From assembly GCF_001545095.1 (NCBI RefSeq), contig NZ_CP013213.1, positions 1,680,001 to 1,712,000 of the forward strand: a stretch of 32,000 bases of DNA, read 5' to 3'. A model generated the notes under the pieces. It worked only from the letters and a program-made list of their open reading frames with translations, ran no database searches and had not been told where the DNA came from. Shown piece by piece: positions 27,900 to 32,000 of this stretch (positions are counted from its first letter, which is position 1; each line of letters opens with the position of its first letter). The stretch comes from Erysipelothrix larvae (lineage in GTDB: Bacteria > Bacillota_I > Bacilli_A > Erysipelotrichales > Erysipelotrichaceae). The position numbers and the translations under genes were made by a program.

Positions 27900-30800
27900 T
27901 CAATCTTTTTTTGATAACCGTCTTTCTAATACTATGCAAAGCAGTCCCATGGAAATGATCAACAGATTAAAAGAATGGGTTTCAATGCCTGTATTTGGCA
28001 ATCGATTCTCTTGGTTGTTTGTATCATCGGGTTTGACTCCACCTTGAATAGAATCTGTGTCATTAGGATCTTGCGGTAGTGGTTTACCTGTGTTAGGAAG
28101 TGATGGTTTTTGTGGTTTTTCTTCAGGATCTTGTGGCAATTGTTCTTCAGGTTGGTTGGTTTCAACTAGAACGTTAATGAGATCGTATCCATCTTGGATA
28201 AGTTCGTAGAATTCTACAGAAATTTCCTCTATTGTGTAGACTATTTCTGAACCATTCATATATTGAGGAAGTCCAGAGTAAATAAAGGTCCAGACATCCC
28301 CGTTGATGATCCATACTGGATTAATATCCATAACTTCAACATCATTAGCAAAGAGTTTTAATGTAATTGAATCAGGACGTAACCCCTGTTTATCACTGTT
28401 ATCCACCCATGTCTTGGTTCCAGTTATACTTGTGAAGGATTGTCTTCGAACATTGCGGAAATTATATCCGTCTTGAATCGATTCATAGCCCTCAACACCC
28501 ACTTCTTCTACAGTGTAATCAATTGCTTGTCCTTTCGCATAGAATGGTAAATTTGTATATTCATAAGTCCAGACATCCCCGTCTTTTGAAGTCCAAGTAG
28601 GTTGGTAGTTTGTTTCCACACCATTTGCTATAAGTATAAGCTTGATGCTATCAGGTCTAAACCCTTCTACATTATGATCATCCACCCATGTCTTGGTTCC
28701 TTCGATGGTCATATAGGATGGTTCGCGGGTATTCGTGAAATCATAACCATCCTTTGTTGTGGTATAGCCATCAACTGCTACTTCTTCTACAGTGTAATCA
28801 ATTGCTTGTCCTTTCGCATAGAATGGTAAATTTGTATATTCATAAGTCCAGACATCCCCATCTTTTGAAGTCCATGTTGGTTGATAGTCTGTTTCTTCGC
28901 CATTTGCTTTGAGAATGATTTCGATGGAATCAGGTCTTGCTCCTTCACTGTTGTGGTTGTCAATCCATGTTTTGGTTCCTGAAATTGACAAGTAGGTAGG
29001 GATTCGAGTGTTGATTAGATTAAAATCTTCCTGTGTAAAGTCATATCCACTGACCCATTTCTCTGTGACTGTATATTTTATTTCTTGTCCATTAGCATAT
29101 TGTGGTAAGTTTGTATATTCATAAGTCCAGACATCTCCTTCTTTTGATGTCCATGTTGGTTGGTAGTCCGTTTCGTCACCATTTGCTTTGAGTACAAGTT
29201 CAATGCTATCTGGTCTAAACCCTTCAGAGTTGTGATTATCAACCCAGGTTTTGGTCCCTTCGATGGTTATATAGGATGGTTCATGGGTATTCGTGAAATA
29301 AAAACCATCCTGTGTTGTGGTATAACCTTCGACAGGTACTTCTTCTACAGTATAGTTGATTGCTTTTCCACCTTCCACAAATGGCAAGTCTGAGTACATG
29401 TAGGCCCATGTATTTGTATCAGTATTAAACCAGATTGGTTCAACACCTTCTACAATTTCGCCATTTGCTCTGAGGATGAGTTGAATGGAGTCTGGTCTTA
29501 ATCCTTCACTATTGTTGTTGTCAACCCATACCTTATGACCTGCTATCGTCATCTTAGATTGACTGTTTTCAAAGGTTCCAAGGAAAAGGATTTCATCATC
29601 ATCTGATGTTTCACCTAGTGTGAAGTATCTAAGATTGTTGCTGGTTAGATAGCCAAAAGGTGCTCTTTTTTCTTTAAGATAATAGGTTTGTGCTTCTAGT
29701 TTTGAGATTGTAAGCATTCCTTTTTCATTTGTGATGAGAGGGTCTGTTCCTTCTGGGTCAACTTGATATATTTCTTCATCTCTTATGACCACTTTTTTGA
29801 AGTTTGTTATTTGAACGGAGTTTGCATCACAAGGTTCTCCAGTACACATGAACAGTTCGAATTCTGCATTAGGGAGTGTTACGGTTTCATCATCTGCATC
29901 AACCTTTATCAATGATACAGTTCGAGGTGTATTTTCTACCATGATATGATTAATTATTTTGCTTGATGTAGTGAATGGCGTTATTGCTTTGGATCCTTCG
30001 ACACGATAATAACCATCACTTTGTGTAACTTCAAGCAGATAGTAATTACCGGTGGGAAGTCCACTGAGAATTAAGGTTCCATTTCCACCAGTTTCTACTT
30101 GTTTGAATGATCCGCTATTTGAATAGACGTATTTATTACCATCTTTATTGAAGTTCATTTGGACGTTGTCTGAGGTTCTATACACTTCAAAGACTGTATT
30201 AGAAATCAGTCCTTCATACGATTCGACACCTTCAGTGTAGGTGTTCTCATACAATGAATCCGATTTATATACCACAACATCTCCTTTAGTCGCAGTAAGT
30301 TTTATGCTGTCATTCCAGAAGTTATCTTGCTTCTTTTCGTAAGTGAATTTTTCACATCCGGTCTCAATATTTACCCGATTGGTTACATAGGGTTCATTGA
30401 TGGTTTCAAGGTCTTGGTATTTAATCCCTGTAGTTACGGTAAGTTGAAGATCATAGAGATAGGGCCCAATGTATTTGCCTTCACCATCTGTTTGAGCGTA
30501 ATAATCTATCGATTTTCGATACACTTCCGACATGTTTTCCCAGGTTTCAAGGGTATAGCTGTCGTTGTATTTCCCTACAATGATATCACTGTTTTGTTTG
30601 CCTTCTTGGTGCGCAGTTTCGATGATCTCATTGACATAATCATAGGATTGAATCATTTGATCGACAATTTCTTTATAATAAGAATAGTTAACATCCGTAT
30701 AACGGAGTCCTGTTGAACCAATTGCACCCAGGTTCATCACTAGGCGTTCACGTGTTCGTGATGGATTTTCTGGATCTGCTTCAAGGACGATTGCATACGA

Positions 30801-31802
30801 TCGGGGGGTGTTTTTAACTGCTTCAAGAACTGTATCATTACTCTTCTCTGAAGATGATAGATTTGTAAGAAGATCATATAACCGCGTTTGTTTGGAATAA
30901 GGGTAACGGATTGCAGTTGTCCCATTAAAATCATCGGAATACAGGTAGATTGGGGTTTCTAAGTTAATAATTTTTGCGTTAGCTGACGTTGTGAAAGAAA
31001 GATTTGAATCTAAGATTTCTTCGATAATCAAATCATCATATTTACTGTTTTCATAATTATCTTCAAAGTCAGTGAATTGATTTGAAAGGTAATTATTAAT
31101 GGTGATTTTCCATGTTATGGTGTTTTGATTTTGACTGTATGAATTCAGTGTCTTCCCCATTTTCACAACTTGACTTGGTTTGATGACTGAGATTGATGTT
31201 TCGGCAGTTGAGGGTTGTGTGACGTTTACTTTCGCAATCAGCTCATCATTATAGTAAAACTCTGAATGCTCTCCCACTTTATTCCCAGAAAAGTTAGCAC
31301 TTCCGTATAGTGTACCTGAGATATCTACTTTATTTTCAATCCCTTCAGTAAAGACAATCCGATAGGATAGTTTTGTATGGGTATCATCGATGGGGGTCAC
31401 AATGAGTGTTGCTTTTCCAATCACGGAGTTATCAAAGGTTAGTGTGCGTTCATGTGAAAGATTCGTAAAGGTTGTGGTATCATTTCCAACTGCTATCAAT
31501 AAGTCAAATTCGATATAATCTCCTTGATGAAATGTGTCTTTATTTTGATCGATGACTGACCACGCTAAATTGATTGATAACGTTTGTGATGTTCCCGTAT
31601 AATCAATTTCTGAAGGCCCTGTTTTGCCAGATTCATCATAGACAGTCTTGCCTGCAATTGTGATGTTCATCGAATCGATTTGGAAATCTTCCGTGACATT
31701 ATTTCCTGTTTGTGTGTCATTATTTGTATCCGCTTGAATGACCAAATTACCTACGATGAGTGTAAAAATGCAGGTAAGGATGAGAATTGATTTTTTAAGC
31801 AT
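27900..31802 (-). CDS. LPXTG-anchored surface adhesin with SpaA/prealbumin-like and five CnaB-type repeat domains
   Basis: Signal peptide MLKKSILILTCIFTLIVGNLVIQA, with an AGGAGG RBS 6 nt upstream of the ATG at 31802 (the ORF track starts at 31859). C-terminal LPNTG, hydrophobic stretch and RRLSKKD tail. Repeats of the form GTKTW(V/I)DN.N.EG.RPDSI...Y.V.E. Confidence 0.9.
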   Translation of the reverse strand: MLKKSILILTCIFTLIVGNLVIQADTNNDTQTGNNVTEDFQIDSMNITIAGKTVYDESGKTGPSEIDYTGTSQTLSINLAWSVIDQNKDTFHQGDYIEFDLLIAVGNDTTTFTNLSHERTLTFDNSVIGKATLIVTPIDDTHTKLSYRIVFTEGIENKVDISGTLYGSANFSGNKVGEHSEFYYNDELIAKVNVTQPSTAETSISVIKPSQVVKMGKTLNSYSQNQNTITWKITINNYLSNQFTDFEDNYENSKYDDLIIEEILDSNLSFTTSANAKIINLETPIYLYSDDFNGTTAIRYPYSKQTRLYDLLTNLSSSEKSNDTVLEAVKNTPRSYAIVLEADPENPSRTRERLVMNLGAIGSTGLRYTDVNYSYYKEIVDQMIQSYDYVNEIIETAHQEGKQNSDIIVGKYNDSYTLETWENMSEVYRKSIDYYAQTDGEGKYIGPYLYDLQLTVTTGIKYQDLETINEPYVTNRVNIETGCEKFTYEKKQDNFWNDSIKLTATKGDVVVYKSDSLYENTYTEGVESYEGLISNTVFEVYRTSDNVQMNFNKDGNKYVYSNSGSFKQVETGGNGTLILSGLPTGNYYLLEVTQSDGYYRVEGSKAITPFTTSSKIINHIMVENTPRTVSLIKVDADDETVTLPNAEFELFMCTGEPCDANSVQITNFKKVVIRDEEIYQVDPEGTDPLITNEKGMLTISKLEAQTYYLKEKRAPFGYLTSNNLRYFTLGETSDDDEILFLGTFENSQSKMTIAGHKVWVDNNNSEGLRPDSIQLILRANGEIVEGVEPIWFNTDTNTWAYMYSDLPFVEGGKAINYTVEEVPVEGYTTTQDGFYFTNTHEPSYITIEGTKTWVDNHNSEGFRPDSIELVLKANGDETDYQPTWTSKEGDVWTYEYTNLPQYANGQEIKYTVTEKWVSGYDFTQEDFNLINTRIPTYLSISGTKTWIDNHNSEGARPDSIEIILKANGEETDYQPTWTSKDGDVWTYEYTNLPFYAKGQAIDYTVEEVAVDGYTTTKDGYDFTNTREPSYMTIEGTKTWVDDHNVEGFRPDSIKLILIANGVETNYQPTWTSKDGDVWTYEYTNLPFYAKGQAIDYTVEEVGVEGYESIQDGYNFRNVRRQSFTSITGTKTWVDNSDKQGLRPDSITLKLFANDVEVMDINPVWIINGDVWTFIYSGLPQYMNGSEIVYTIEEISVEFYELIQDGYDLINVLVETNQPEEQLPQDPEEKPQKPSLPNTGKPLPQDPNDTDSIQGGVKPDDTNNQENRLPNTGIETHSFNLLIISMGLLCIVLERRLSKKD
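28143..29540 (-). repeat. Five tandem 279-282-bp coding repeats (CnaB-type domains)
   Basis: Unit starts at 29540, 29258, 28979, 28700 and 28421. Units 3 and 4 share an identical 79-nt run (28502-28580 = 28781-28859). Confidence 0.9.
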
Positions 31803-32000
31803 GTGCGCCTCCTGTGCTGTCTTCTGTACTTCGTTTTTCCAACAAAAAAAATCAACCAATTAATTGAAACGGAAGATTTTATTCGTGAACCTTTGCTTTA
31901 TTCTTTTGGCGAACCCCTCGCTTATCGTAATGTGTGTTTTTCAGGGTGATAAAAGGGCGTAATTCGCTTTAAACTTCTCAAACGTCGCTTACTATTTTAG

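Noticed and set aside
28143-29540. Regularly spaced DNA repeats considered as a possible CRISPR-like array
   Set aside because: The period is ~280 bp, the repeats are in-frame coding units of the adhesin, and there are no short repeat/spacer alternations.
27959-30934. Small ORFs on both strands within the adhesin gene (27959-28165, 28602-28829, 29160-29393, 30327-30716, 30740-30934)
   Set aside because: They are frame shadows of the repeat-rich adhesin gene. Two of them are themselves repeated only because the underlying CnaB units repeat.

Overview
This is a low-GC Bacillota-type chromosomal window. Most of it is housekeeping or accessory genes, nearly all on the minus strand. In order: lrgB-like tail, LMW phosphotyrosine phosphatase, recQ, metallophosphoesterase, coaX, apbE lipoprotein, DUF1287 protein, an OmpR/HK two-component pair coupled to a GT4 glycosyltransferase, a pgk-tpiA-eno glycolytic operon, a csoR-copA-copZ copper operon, an orphan atypical response regulator, deoD, and a 1300-aa LPXTG adhesin with five CnaB-type repeats. 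The unusual part is 14.8-23.1 kb. An IS1634-family element sits in the pgk promoter / copZ terminator spacer. It has 10-bp terminal inverted repeats and is flanked by diverged ~77-bp direct repeats. Its transposase gene is split into a decayed N-terminal piece (ending at the YYDCTN motif) and a C-terminal piece. Between them, ~6.7 kb of cargo replaces the middle of the transposase gene. The cargo holds three paralogous double-glycine-leader peptide cassettes (one intact, two damaged), each followed by different small membrane proteins that could be immunity proteins. It also holds dead remnants of the cognate C39-peptidase ABC exporter and HlyD-type accessory gene, an IS110 transposase N-terminal stub, a TnpB C-terminal stub with its downstream RNA-coding end, and a ~270-bp internal direct repeat. 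I saw no tRNA, rRNA or CRISPR array. All calls rest on motif recognition by eye, with no database search, so family names are inferences and coordinates of non-coding features are approximate.
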